DNA from: Octopus bimaculoides
Lineage: Eukaryota
Length of the DNA stretch: 64,000 bases
Direction of reading: 5' to 3'
Assembly (NCBI RefSeq): GCF_001194135.2
Contig: NC_068997.1
Coordinates: forward strand, 16,294,967 to 16,358,966
Under the pieces are notes generated by a model, which saw only the letters and a program-made list of their open reading frames with translations, did no database searches and was not told the DNA's origin. Every line of letters starts with the position of its first letter. Position 1 is the stretch's first letter. A program made the translations under genes and the position numbers. This document shows, piece after piece, positions 40,700-53,429 of the stretch.

Positions 40700-40752
40700 A
40701 CCTTAGGAGACAAAATGAGTGATGACATTAACAAGAAAAATGCATGGCTTGG
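40700..40752 (+). other. Candidate 53-nt exon containing an ATG (MSDDINKKNAWLG)
   Basis: Acceptor ATCAATTTTTGCAG|, CAAAATGA start context, donor TGG|GTAACA. No recognisable homology. Confidence 0.3.
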
Positions 40753-41272
40753 GTAACATCTTTTAGATATGGTACCTAACCCCCAATTTGTCTATATTAA
40801 TGAAGAGAAAGATATTTCCTGTTCTTAAATATCTTAGAATGAAAGTTTAAAAAAAAAAAAAAAAAAAAAGCTCACCTTGTACCTGATATCTTTCTGGTTA
40901 GGTCACAATCACAGAGTCAGTGATCTATGGAGGACTTGAAGCTGTTTAGGTCACAATGACGGTCATTGACCATTGGAAAACTTCAGATATTTAGGTTACA
41001 GCACAGAGAGTTTTTTTGTTTTTTTTAAATGAATGCTTTATTTTTTTATTTTAGTTTCAACAAAAGCTGATATGTTGATACAGGAAACATCATTTACTTA
41101 TCATTTGCAGCAGAAGATGACGGTGGGGCATGGTTGGTGTTTGGTAGTGCTATCGGTTGTTTGCTGCATAGTTTTATATATCACATATTGGATCATATAC
41201 ATGTGCATAGACATGCATGTGTAAGTATATGCATTAGCATGTATGTGCTTATGTGTGTAAGCATGTTGTGTG

Positions 41273-41304
<32 letters not shown>

Positions 41305-41660
41305 NNNNNNNNNNNNNNNNNNNNNNNNNNNNNNNNNNNNNNNNNNNNNNNNNNNNNNNNNNNNNNNNNNNNNNNNNNNNNNNNNNNNNNNNNNNNNNNN
41401 NNNNNNNNNNNNNNNNNNNNNNNNNNNNNNNNNNNNNNNNNNNNNNNNNNNNNNNNNNNNNNNNNNNNNNNNNNNNNNNNNNNNNNNNNNNNNNNNNNNN
41501 NNNNNNNNNNNNNNNNNNNNNNNNNNNNNNNNNNNNNNNNNNNNNNNNNNNNNNNNNNNNNNNNNNNNNNNNNNNNNNNNNNNNNNNNNNNNNNNNNNNN
41601 NNNNNNNNNNNNNNNNNNNNNNNNNNNNNNNNNNNNNNNNNNNNNNNNNNNNNNNNNNNN

Positions 41661-41716
<56 letters not shown>

Positions 41717-42343
41717 AATACACACACATACATACATATATTTATTTATGTATATGTACATTTAGTAACGCTTCACATTTTGCACGGAACCACAGAACAT
41801 AGCACACTGATAAAATCAATCCCTTATAAATAAGCAGCCATGCATATCTACTTCTACATATGCTTACATACTTTCACTTTGTATTACAAATGTTACCTAA
41901 TAGTAAAATTCTTCTTTAGTGCTTTTTACTCTTGACCAGAAGTATGTGTGTGTGTGGTGGTAGGGTAGCAGTCTTGATTCCCTTTTTTTTTATTTGGTAT
42001 CTGTTCTTTTTTATTTTTGTTTTATTATAGGTAATCTTTTCAGTTTCTTGTTGAACCCCGGTCCTTCCATTTTTTATACAGTGAAAGTTGAGCTGGTAGA
42101 GTGATTTAGCTGGCTATTGAACCACTTGCTTGTACGGTGGTAGGTTCAAACGTGTTGCTCTATTACCTCTGTTTCACTCTTCGCTGTAGGGAATAAGTAG
42201 AACAGATCAGATCATCTGAGACCAAATCTATAATAGAGTGGTATCCTTTCCAGAAAAAAAAAATATTGAATCTCTATTCCATTTTACAACCAGGAACTGG
42301 AGTTCAGCATTATTACACCTCATGAAAGTGGTTCAAGTCTTAC

Positions 42344-42419
42344 CTGGTTTCTCATTTGAGTGTTTTGGTTTGTCTTCATTAACAGTGCTATCTGAAGTTG
42401 TAATTGCATGGATACTTCA
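42344..42419 (-). other. Candidate 76-nt minus-strand exon
   Basis: Acceptor TCTGTCTGTCTCTCTTTGCAG|, donor CCAG|GTAAGA; one fully open frame EVSMQLQLQIALLMKTNQNTQMRNQ. Confidence 0.3.
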
Positions 42420-42559
42420 CTGCAAAGAGAGACAGACAGATACATGTTTTTGTTTTGTATTACATATCATGTTTACCTAAGATTGCAGTGGTTTGACAGA
42501 ATTCTTAGAGTATTGGAGAATATGCTTTGCCATATTTGTTAGGTCTCTTTATATATTCT

Positions 42560-42680
42560 GATTTCAAATCCTGCCAAGGTAAACAAGACTTTTATCCTTT
42601 CAGGGCTGATAAAATAAAGTAGGAATGCTCGGGACAGGGTGGCAATTGCTGCCCTCAAGTTGCTAGCCTTGAGGCTATCA
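42560..42680 (+). mobile_element. Decayed family A SINE
   Basis: TTCAAATCCTGCCAAGG...ATCCTTTCAGGGCTGATAAAATAAAGTA. Confidence 0.6.
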
Positions 42681-44206
42681 AGCACACACACACACATAAT
42701 ATAATATAATTCCTGAAAAATTATATCTATTTGGTTTTGTTTCATTCTTCAGTTTTTCCATTATTTTATTCACCTTTCAGGGGTTTTTTTTTTTGTATTT
42801 TTGTAGCCAATTTTCCACGTGCAAAAATACTTTTACATTTTTCTGCATAAATAAAACCACTTCTGAATACCTATATATACGTATGACATAGTTTCTTTAT
42901 TTATAAACACACAATTTTGAATACATACTTCTGTATATACATACTGGTTTCTGTTCCCAAATACATACACATGATTATACACATTTTACTTTCTAATTTT
43001 CCTTATAAATAATTAATGGTTACTGTCTGTGATGTTTTGTTTTCTACTTAAGTCACAAACAAGACTCTCTTTGTATTATTTTGTTTTATCTTGGGAAGTT
43101 CAAGAAAGGCATGAATGTCACATATTGTTATTGCTTTTGAGTGATGAGTCAAATTATCTCTCGCTGAATAACTTTGAATCTACTTTCTTACATTTAGACA
43201 ACATTGTTGCATGCAATAACTTCTTACAAATATTCCAACATAGATCTAAAATCATTACTTTCTTTATATATATATTTATATATTAAAGATCTGAACATAA
43301 TTCCATGTGATAAAAAAAAATGCCATTTTTGGCATATAAGCATAAAATTTGCTTGCTATTACATGTAATCAAAGCAATCTCAATCACATGAAGATTACTT
43401 TCAAGACCAGGTTAACGCCTTATCCTGGTAGGATGCTTCCACTTAAATTCCTTAAAATTCATTTTGAAATGAAAGGAGTTGGTTCACTCATTTGATGATG
43501 GTTGAAGAATTCCCTCACCTGGTTGATATTCTCACCTGATTACCATACCGATATTTGCAGCACTAACATTGTGTCAGCCCTGTGTGTACCATTAGGGTTC
43601 TCTATTGACTTGGGAGCAGATAACAGCATCCTTATTTGTTACAAATCGTTGAAGAGTGGTGGAGGTACTGGGCCCAAATGTTGACAATGTGTTTTAGCTA
43701 TTTCTTGCTCTATTCTACTCACTGGCTCTCTTTTTTCTTTCTTTCTGCACCAATTACTTATCCCACCATGCCCAAATCTTTGCTGCCCCTCGCTTTGTCT
43801 TCCCAGTTTAATTAGGGAGTACATAAGCACTTGTATGTGTGTGTGTCTGTGTGGTGACAGTGGAAATGTCTGAAAGGAAGGGTTTCTAAAAGGAGTCTTA
43901 AGCAAAGTTTTGGAAATGTCTTGTATCTAGGATAAGCTGGTTAGAGCAGGGGTTGGGCAGAGAAAGTGCTACTAGTTACTTCTTGTTGCCCCTTCTCTGT
44001 CTTCCCCCCCCCCATCTCTATCCCATTCCCTGCTCAACAACCATTATTATTATCAGAGACCATCATCTGCAAATGGAGGCACTCATTCCATCATTCCATC
44101 ACCAAAACATAAATTTTACTTGCTCTTGAAAGGATGCAGTGTTTATTGCTCACCCACTCCCTCTTTTACCTACATCTGCTCCCTTATTTTCACCTTTAAC
44201 CCCTTC

Positions 44207-44248
<42 letters not shown>

Positions 44249-47025
44249 TACTCTCTCTCTGTACCTGCTTCTACTGTTTCTTTTCTCAGATAAGTTTGTA
44301 TATGTTTTTTTTCCACCCTCTTTTTCTTTTGTGGTTGGTAGGAGGGTACTTTGGAAGTAGGAGGATGAGTAAGTTGTTTCATAGTTCACCCTAATTCCTA
44401 CAGTCATTCTTTCATCATTACTCTTTCTCCCCCACCACCACCGCCACCGCCACCACCTGCTATCTTTGCCATTAGTGTTTATTTGTCAAAATGTAGGGGG
44501 TGATAGCCTGTGTGAGTATATTTCTGTATAGAAAAAGAATTTAAAAGGAGTGTAGGGGATTTTCATGACCCCTTTCTTTTCATCAACCTGCCAGCCTCAG
44601 TTTTTTTCTTATTGTTGTTGGAGGTTGGGTGATGTATTGGATATGGTGTTGGAAAAGGCTTCTGGAATCACTAGACATTGTGATCATCACACACACACAC
44701 ACACACACAACTGATATCTTAAATGTGTCTTCCCATCGTGCATCCATGTTGCTATGTATATAATATGTGAAGGGGAATATAACTGCTCACAGGAAAACTT
44801 CCACACACCCAATGTATTTTATCATACAGTTTATGTGCGGCGCCCACATTTATGTGTTTTTTTGTGTGTGGCAACATTAAACATCAAACACTACTACGCC
44901 ACCATGATTGCAGTTTTTAATACTATCCGCCATCCAGTTCTTCTTAGTCCTAAAGCATAAATATCAACACTGACCAGCAGCTTGTATTTCAGGGTTCAGG
45001 AAGTGGAAATGGAAAGTAAGGGGACTCTTGAATAGTTACTAGGGAAAGCATGAAGCATAAGGAAACAGGGTGGTTTGGAGTAAGGGAGAAGGTGGGGAGA
45101 GTTGCTGTTTTTCTTTTTTCCTCAAAGTAAACAAAAGATATCCATCTCTTGACTCTAGTTTTCATGTTACTTCCCAACAAACACTTATGTTAGTATATTT
45201 TTAGAAACAAGGATATAAGAATCCTTGCTGTGTGCGTGTGTGTATGGAAAACAGTCTGGCTGAAAACATCATCAAATGCATCAACATAACCAATACAACA
45301 CAGAGTTGGAAACGTGTTTGGAGTTTAGGCAAGATGTGTAGTAAGCTGTCGTATTGCAAATCTGGTGAACCAATGATCGAAAGTTATAAATACACAAAAC
45401 ACCTCTAGCACAATATTGTACATCATAAACTTCACAAAACAGCTTTGGAACTGGAATCTCTTATTTTGTGTTAATTCAGAAATTATCTTGAGCTAGCAGA
45501 AAAAAAAAAAAGGACCATCAATACAAGCCGTCATAATTCTAGGTGATGAGATGTTTTGCTGTTTGTGAAGAAAATGCTTTTATTCTACACCACTCCAATT
45601 CATTTAGAATTTAAGTATAGGTACCAGAAAACCCGAGAATTTTTTAATGTCCTACCTACATTGGTTCTCTTCATGCAGGGAAAGATTTAATCTTCCATTA
45701 ACTTTTACAGTATGAGATGGCGGGGGGGGGGACGCTAAGTGTTAGGCTCTTAAGATCTTTTTAAGGCTTAGGGAGCATTTTGCATTCTTGCGTACTTAAG
45801 CTGCCATTAAAATACAATGCAATATGTTATGCAAATCACCAGTATAAACTGATACAAATGAGTAGTTGAGAAGTGGTTAACAAACTACTATTACAGCTAA
45901 CCTAGCACTATTACATTATCTTATGCTAGCTCAGCAAATCAAACTGAACCAAACCAACAACATAAGTGACATATGTAAAGTTAACAAATATTCATTGATA
46001 CAAACCAGCTTTATGGTAATCCTGTGATAATTTCTTTTGTTTTTCAGTAAACCTGCCACTACCAACAAAGTAAAACTTATTTGCATACTCAACAGGCTCT
46101 CAAGTTCCTTTTCCCCCATAATGATCAACAGAACAAAAAGTCTTGTCTGTCTTATTTAATTTTTCTCATTTCCGTTTAGCTGTTGAAATAAAGGCTTGTG
46201 GAATCTTGCGGAGTGGTTGGGGGGAAGGAGTAATGAGTTTTAAGAAATGGAAGAAGGAAAGAGTTGCAGCTAGAGACAAGGGGGCGGGGATGATAGGTAA
46301 TTGTGTGTAAATTGGAGGGGTAGGGCAGGAGGGGGTGTATAAGGAGTTTCTGTATTGTTTTTTTTTTCTCTCCCTCTTTGCTTATGAAACTATAAAGTCT
46401 TTCTTTATACGCTTGTGCATATGTATTTATAATAGTGGGCACTGTTGTAATTCTGCTTGTTGTTGTTGTTGTTGTCTTTCTGGAATTCTTTAAACAAAGG
46501 AAGCTCTCAGCAAAAAAAACAGAAACAGTGGTCGAAAGAGGAAGCCCCACCTTAATCAGCGACATTTGTCTCTCCTAGCGTGGCATTTTATTTGTACATG
46601 TATGTGTATGCATGTGTACATATACATGGGTTCTTTCATAAATATATTAGTGCGTATGAATATCATCTTAATTGTCATTTGCATTTAAAAGAATGAAGAC
46701 TCCCCCCCCCCCGCCACCATTTCATTTCCAGAAGTTCTATAAGGGTGGTGTGAGCAGAAAGACGAGCATTTCGTATGAGAGAGGTCATTCTCCTTACTCC
46801 CCACCTCCTTACTCCCCACCTTGTGAATTGTTAATTTCTTTTCGTATTTCAATAGAGCTTTGTTTTTATATTTATTCTACGGGTTTTATATGTTTCATAT
46901 GTATATGGTTTTCTTTCCTTCTACTTTATTTACCTGAGAACTAAAGAGGTAACCATTGTTACCTGCTTTCCTTTTCCCTTTGTTTTTTGGTGCCTGGAAA
47001 CAACAGATATCTGAATCAGACTCAC

Positions 47026-47160
47026 CCTACCTTTGAACACGTTAGCTAAAACATAGTAGCGATGGTCGTGGGGGTTGTTAGAGTGTCGCGACATTCATTC
47101 ATGTCTGTGTTGATTGGAGGCTGATTGTCTGATTATTTGGTTGACGAAGGTCTTTTTATA
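47026..47160 (-). promoter_or_regulatory. Candidate TATA/Inr core promoter plus first exon
   Basis: Minus strand TATAAAAAG from 47160, TCAGAC Inr-like with A at 47130 (30 nt downstream), ATG at 47094 opening MSRHSNNPHDHRYYVLANVFKGR, donor AGG|GTGAGT after 47026; local CpG retention. Confidence 0.4.
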
Positions 47161-48504
47161 TTCATTTATTTCATACCACTATATGGTTCATAAATATTTG
47201 TGGTATTTGAAATTTACTGGGATTGCTTGTGTGTACAGCTGATGATCATTGGCTGCTATCCTACTCAGTTTTATTTCAAATGGTTTCATGCTACCTCACT
47301 TGGTTTCAGTTATTGTTAGGTTCCAGTTATTGTATGGTGTTAAAAAGGCTACACAGCATGCCAAAACCATTGTTTACATTGTCAATACAATGACTAACAA
47401 ATTCAAAAAAGGGGTCTACCACAATTTGATGGCTTTCATGAAGAGAACTTCTGTAGTAATTTTACGGTACAGAAAACATGCTGAGACCACTGCATATTAT
47501 GTAGTCTGAAGAAACAAGACAGGGTGGTCATGGCTAGAATTACATTGATCAAAGAGTAAATAACAATAACTTGCTTATTCTGAAGAATTAGTGCTTGGCT
47601 TCCCAGTGTGAGACATGTAACATGTAGGAAAGAGAGCATCAGGCCAACCACATATATACATGGGAGCATTTTATTACTGAAATGATAAGCCTTAGAAAAA
47701 CATTGACACACACACAGCACTACACCACAGCATCAACAACTGAATATGTTTTGAACTTCAATTGCGGATGTAAATCTGAGAAGCCTCATTGGCAGGAACG
47801 GAACTTTGTAAAATGGGTTTTAAAGAGTTTGCTAAGATTCGTTCCTTTTGCAGCTAAATTTGTGTCTTGATTACTGTTGCAGACACTATCGCATCAACTA
47901 CAACTATAAAAACTAAAGCAACAAAATCAAGTTTAAAGAGGAAAATGTAAAAAAAAAAAAAAAAAAAAATNNNNNNNNNNTTTTTTTTTTTTTTTTTTAT
48001 TAAATTTGGGTGGAGTAAATATTTCAACACATCAGTCTTTTATCATAATGTTGTATGTTGTCTAAATAACCTTTCTTTTCTATATTTTCTTTTGTTCCTC
48101 TTCTATTTATGTGTATGTGTGTGCTATTATGTTTAAAGTGTTTTCTCACCACCACCACTACTACTACTATTAATAATAATAATGTTAATCACAACAGCAG
48201 CAACACTGCTGCTGTTACTAAATTTATAAAGCCAGCGATCCAAATTTTCAGCTGTGACAAATAAATTGATTTGTTGATATCTAAAGAATACAGATAAAAG
48301 ATAATGTTAATGATGATTGCTTACTTACACACAGAGCTACAGAGTTTTGTAGCTTAGATGAGTTGAGATGGTGTGACAGTCATGTTTGGGTGGGGACATT
48401 ATTATTAGCATTGTGAGTCGACTAGAAAACAGTTCGTAAACCTACCATCATCACAATATTGACTGAATAACTAATAAGTCTTTTCTACTACCAGNNNNNN
48501 NNNN

Positions 48505-48680
48505 CAATGCCTGTAATTTTGGAGCAAAGGGTTTGTCTATTACATTGACTCCAGTGCTTGGACATTACTTATTTCATCGATCCCAAAAGGATAGAAAGCA
48601 AAGTTGACCTTGGCAGAATTTGAACTCAGACTGTAAGGACATACGAAATGCTGCTATTAATTTTGTCCAGTAGACTAAAT
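48505..48680 (-). mobile_element. Family A SINE, CpG-decayed; a more degraded copy follows to ~48900
   Basis: TTCATCGATCCCAAAAGGATAGAAAGCAAAGTTGACCTTGGCAGAATTTGAACTCAGA. Confidence 0.75.
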
Positions 48681-50329
48681 AATTATAGATGAAAACTTCT
48701 AACATTGGCTAAGAATGTACATATGTAACAGAAGGGCATAGTTGATTGTATTAGCAACTACAGTACATATGATTCAAACTTATTTTATCAACTTTGATGG
48801 AATGAGGAGCAAAGTTAATCCAAACAGGATTCAAACTCAGAACTAAGAGATGTGTAACTAAATACCACAAGGTAGTCGTTCTGATACTCTACTGCTTTCT
48901 TTACTCTACTCTCACATTAAACTAATGACAATAATAATAATTATCCTTTCTACTATTGGTACAAGGTTGGAAATTTGGCAGGGGGAGGTCACTCAGTATT
49001 CATGATGATCATCGGTAGCATAAAAAATGCCAAAAGAGCTATAGCACTCAATTACAATATTATTACATTTCCATATAATTTTTTTTTTTTAATGGCATAA
49101 ACACCACAAATTCACATTTCATTTTCCTCTTCCCTACCATTGGAAATCCTGTTAAATGCTGCATGAATGAGGAAGTTTGTACATGGTCCTTCCACAACTT
49201 TCCCTTATATCCTACAAGGCTGTCTTTAAAAAGAAGGATAGAGCAGATGATACAGTCTGAGATACACTATACCTGATATAAAAAATGATGGAGGTGATCA
49301 AGACCAACTTGGATTTCTAAACCATATCAGTTTGAAAGACATCAAATACTTGGGTGCCATAAATCTGTTTAGATGTCACAGTCAGGCTAAACAACAATGG
49401 CATGTGAGATAAAGTGTTTGAATAAGAAAAAGGCTTTGAATAATTAAGCATCTTATGGGTTTCAGTAATAATGTAGGTTCTTATTCTGCAGATATTAGGC
49501 AAGATACTTAATTCTGATGGCCATTACTCTGGAGAAAAGCATGTATGATTAATACTTATCATTGCCTCCTGTAATGGTTCAGCATTGAATCAAGATTTTA
49601 AATATATATGTGTGTGTGTGTGTGTTGATTTGAAGGTTTAAACACGTGTGTAGCTAAAATTAAGTAGAGCATATCTCAGACTATATTATTAGTGTAAATG
49701 CATGTATGCATGTGTGTATGTATATATACATGTGCATTTAGAAAATCTCAATCTCCCCCTACACACATACATTCGATGATTCATGAAAGCTCTATAGTGT
49801 AGTCTAGGGTTATGCAGGTGGCGTTCACAACAGGCTTCACCACAGATGTCTATAGCACACCTATGGGTGGACGGTTTATTCTTTTCATTATTTTACACCA
49901 CCCTCACCACTCATCCTTGATGTGGGGGTGGGGCAATGAGTGGCTTCTTTTTTCTTTTTTTGTCTTCTTTAAATATATTATTTGTGTGTATGTGCACATA
50001 AATGCAATCAATCTATTGGATCATTTCCTGACATAAGAGCAGTTATGGTGATAAGCTGTCCCTTTCCCTTACAGTTACCAAAAACACATGCACACACACA
50101 CACATGTTGCAGGTGAAATAGCTTTCAAATAAAAATTAGGAAATAAACACACCTTGATAGCCCCTTTTTTCTTTCCCTAACTCCCTACAACACAGTTAGC
50201 CTTTTCTTTGCTCTTTTTTTTTACCCCTCCATCCACATCCTTTATCACCAAACCTTACCAAATCAATTGCAAAGTCTGCATGTTTGTTACAGCAATTTAC
50301 TTTCAATTGAAATAGTGTGATTGTTCTGC

Positions 50330-50830
50330 CTGATACACTCACATGTGGAGTGGAGTGAAAGTGTTTGAGGAGGCCAGGGTAACATTGGCAAGACTCAAGA
50401 GAGATTTAAAGAAGAATGTTGTAATCGAGAAGGTGAATACTCTCAATGACCTTTTTGTGTGCACAGTTTGTGACAGACTATGCACTTTTTTTTTTTTTAA
50501 ATTTTTTTGCTGGACTCAAATCTCATTTGCGGACCCATGAAAGACGAACCTCTACCAACTGTTCTGCCTATATATCTGTGCACACCTTTCAATGCAATGT
50601 ATGTCAGAAGGTTTGCAAATCTAACAGTGGCCTCAAAAAGACATTTTAAGATCCACAAAGATCAGAACTTAATTGCAGCTCTTGGTGGTCCACATCAGAT
50701 ATGCAATCTATGTGGGTGTCTTTTCAGTACATTGTCTGGTTTAAAAAGCCACATCAGATGCCATGATGGATCTAAGGTGAAGGTACAGGAGGTGGTCAAA
50801 CTCTGCATAAGGAGTAGACAACCACTATAT
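50330..50830 (+). mobile_element. 5'-truncated RTE-type LINE 3' end encoding three C2H2 zinc fingers (frameshifted)
   Basis: WSGVKVFEEARVTLARLKRDLKK resembles the RTE ORF C-terminal helix. Fingers: CTVCDRLC..[polyT expansion]..AGLKSHLRTH (50460-50538), CNVCQKVCKSNSGLK/RHFKIH (50593-50656, extra A), CNLCGCLFSTLSGLKSHIRCH (50702-50764). No TGEKP linkers. Confidence 0.65.
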
Positions 50831-52079
50831 ATGAGAGAGAAGGATAGATATATGTAGATATATATGTGTGCACACCTGATATGTGTGGATGCATTTAACG
50901 TCACGTGCAGTTTTTCTCTGCTTTTCTATTTTCTTCTTGCTTGTATAAGTGCCAAATGTGTTTGTGTTTGTGTGAGTATGCAGAAGAGTATAAAGTTACA
51001 AATGAATCTTTTGAGATGAACTAAAGCCAGATCCTCCTGTACTTTATAGAATGACAGTTTGTAATCAACAGTCAAATCTTGCTGGGTATAAGTATACGAT
51101 AAGACAGCCGACACACATACTAATTAAACAGCAAACATATACACATCATACTTATATATATGTATATACACACACACACACACGCACACACATACATACA
51201 TTATACAGAACATAGAAAAACTTGATGTGTCTAACAAGAAGAGTTCATCTGAGTGAATTGCTGTTCTTAGATTAATTGTGCCACACACATACTATTGGCA
51301 TCATTCTCTTATGGTATTTCTCAATCTTAGAGTTTCCTATAGCACTTTCCATAATTCTAGACACTCAGTGTGTCTACTCTAGGTGCCATGTCTTCATTCT
51401 CTGCCAACATGTTCTTTCATCTACTTCTGTTTTGCTCTCCATATTGTTTTGTTTTTGTTCTCTTTTCTCATTTATTATCAATATTTTATGGGTGAGATGC
51501 AAATTATAAACTCCACAACCAGATTTTAAATTCTCATTTGACTTGGCTAACAATAGCATTTCACTCTACTTAAACTTCACAGCTTCCTCTTCCATCCCCC
51601 CTCTCTCTCTTTCTCTTTCTCCTCTAAAATGTCTATGTTCTCTAAACGTTGGGGTGAGTAGATCAGTAGATATGCAAGAGCTTTTTATCCTTCATTGATA
51701 GAATAAGTACCAAGCAATATTCTTAGATCCGTTAAATCAACTTTGCAAATTTATAATGCTGTGACCATCATTCCCTCATGCGTTTTACGATTTGCATGCA
51801 AAGAAAAAATTATGCACACTATGTTTCCAAGACGATTTTATTTTCGTTTTTAAGAAATTAATCATGTAATTTCATTATAATAAATCCAAAAGAACAAAAT
51901 CTTATGTGATTTTGTCAAAATCACTACGAAATAATGCATGCTTAAAAACTATAAACACTTTACTTAGGTGGTCAGCTTGGCATTTGAACCAATGCACACA
52001 AGCAAATTTCTGCATTTACCTACAGCCATTTCAGTTGCAGCAACAACTCATAATGATGATTGTAATAATGGTTTCAAAT

Positions 52080-52281
52080 TTTGACAAGGCCAGAAATTTT
52101 ATGGAAGGGACAGGGTCAGTTAGATCAATCCCATTGCTCAACTGGTATTTATTTTATTGAGCCCGAAAGGATGAAAGGTAAAGTCAACTCTCAGCAGAAT
52201 TTGAACTCGAAACATAAAGACAAGCGAAATACCCATTAAGCATTTTACCTTGCATGCTAACAGTTCTGCCAGCTCACTGCC
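52080..52281 (-). mobile_element. Family A SINE (tandem copy 1)
   Basis: GACAAGGCCAG...GAATTTGAACTCG...GCTAACAGTTCTGCCAGCTCACTGCC. Confidence 0.85.
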
Positions 52282-52294
52282 TTACTCAGTAATA

Positions 52295-52501
52295 ATCCTT
52301 TCTACTATAGGCACAAGGCCTGCAATTTGGGGGAGAGGACTAGTCAATTTCATTGACCCCAGTGCATAACTGGTACTTATTTTATTGACCCTGAAAGGAT
52401 GAAAGTCAAAGTTGACCTCAGTGGAATTTGAACTCAGAATGTAAAGACAGACGAAATACCGTTTAGCATTTTGCCCAGTGTGCTAACATGTCTGCCAACT
52501 C
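52295..52501 (-). mobile_element. Family A SINE (tandem copy 2)
   Basis: CTTTCTACTATAGGCACAAGGCCTG...GTTGACCTCAGTGGAATTTGAACTCAGAATG...GCTAACATGTCTGCCAACTC. Confidence 0.85.
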
Positions 52502-53429
52502 ATAATAATAATAATAATAATAATTTCTAATTTAGGTATGAGCAGAACAATTTTGAGAAGAGAATGTTAGTTGATATCAGTGTCCCCTAAAGAAGGATTA
52601 TTATAGTTGACTTTGGTGGTTTTCAAACACAGAATGGATGGAACCAGATGAAATATTGCAAGGCATTTAAAAAAAAAGAAGTCCAGTGTTTTGTTGTCAT
52701 AGTTTTGATTTAATTTCACTTACATCGTTAATGTTGTTTGAAAAGACTTCAGACTCTTGTTAAGAAATGATATTGATGAATTATTATTGCTGTTGATGCA
52801 GTGGTAGTTGTTAATATTATTAATGATATTTAATTTATTTTTCTTACTACAGAGTTTTAAGTAGTTTTTATTTTAATTAGTTTGCAATTATGTTGTGTGG
52901 TTCAGCAAGAGAGAGGAGAGAGTATATATGTTTGTTTGTTTGTTTGTTTTTCTGTATTGATTAACCATTTGTCTTCTGTTTGCTGTGTCTTGTTTGCCTT
53001 GAAGCGATTACATTAAGCGACCTGTCTGACAAACATGTTCGATGCCAACATTTACAACTACTGTTACTCTCTGGAAGCCAGCCATTTCATTAAGGCACCA
53101 CTGTTCGGTTCAGATTTGATACCTCTTTCATTTGTCTTTAGAGACTTTTAGAGATTGAAGGAACTGATGTTAGTTGTTAGAGGTTTTTTCAAGGTATAGT
53201 TGCTGGGGTGAGAGAAGTGGCTTGATGTACGAGGCCCAAGGTGAGCAGTTTATGCAATCATATGTTTTTGATAAGATAGAAGTATATTGTAAATAATACT
53301 ATTGGTTCATGAAGGAAATGTTAGTCAAAGCAAAGAGCTATCCTGGTCCAGAAGCTTGCTTATCTGTTTGTTTGGACATCCCCCATTTTATTACAGCTAC
53401 AAGATCAGGTTATAGGATATCACACTTAA

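Noticed and set aside
45244-45408. 54-aa ORF MENSLAENIIKC...
   Set aside because: No splice signals, domain or start context; the length is expected by chance.
49159-49173. CTGCATGAATGAGGA resembles the 3' part of molluscan miR-67 as I recall it
   Set aside because: The seed (TCACAAC) is absent and no hairpin partner is evident.
50343-50857. Functional Kruppel-type ZNF gene
   Set aside because: Two frameshifts, no TGEKP linkers and RTE-like flanks; kept as a mobile-element remnant.
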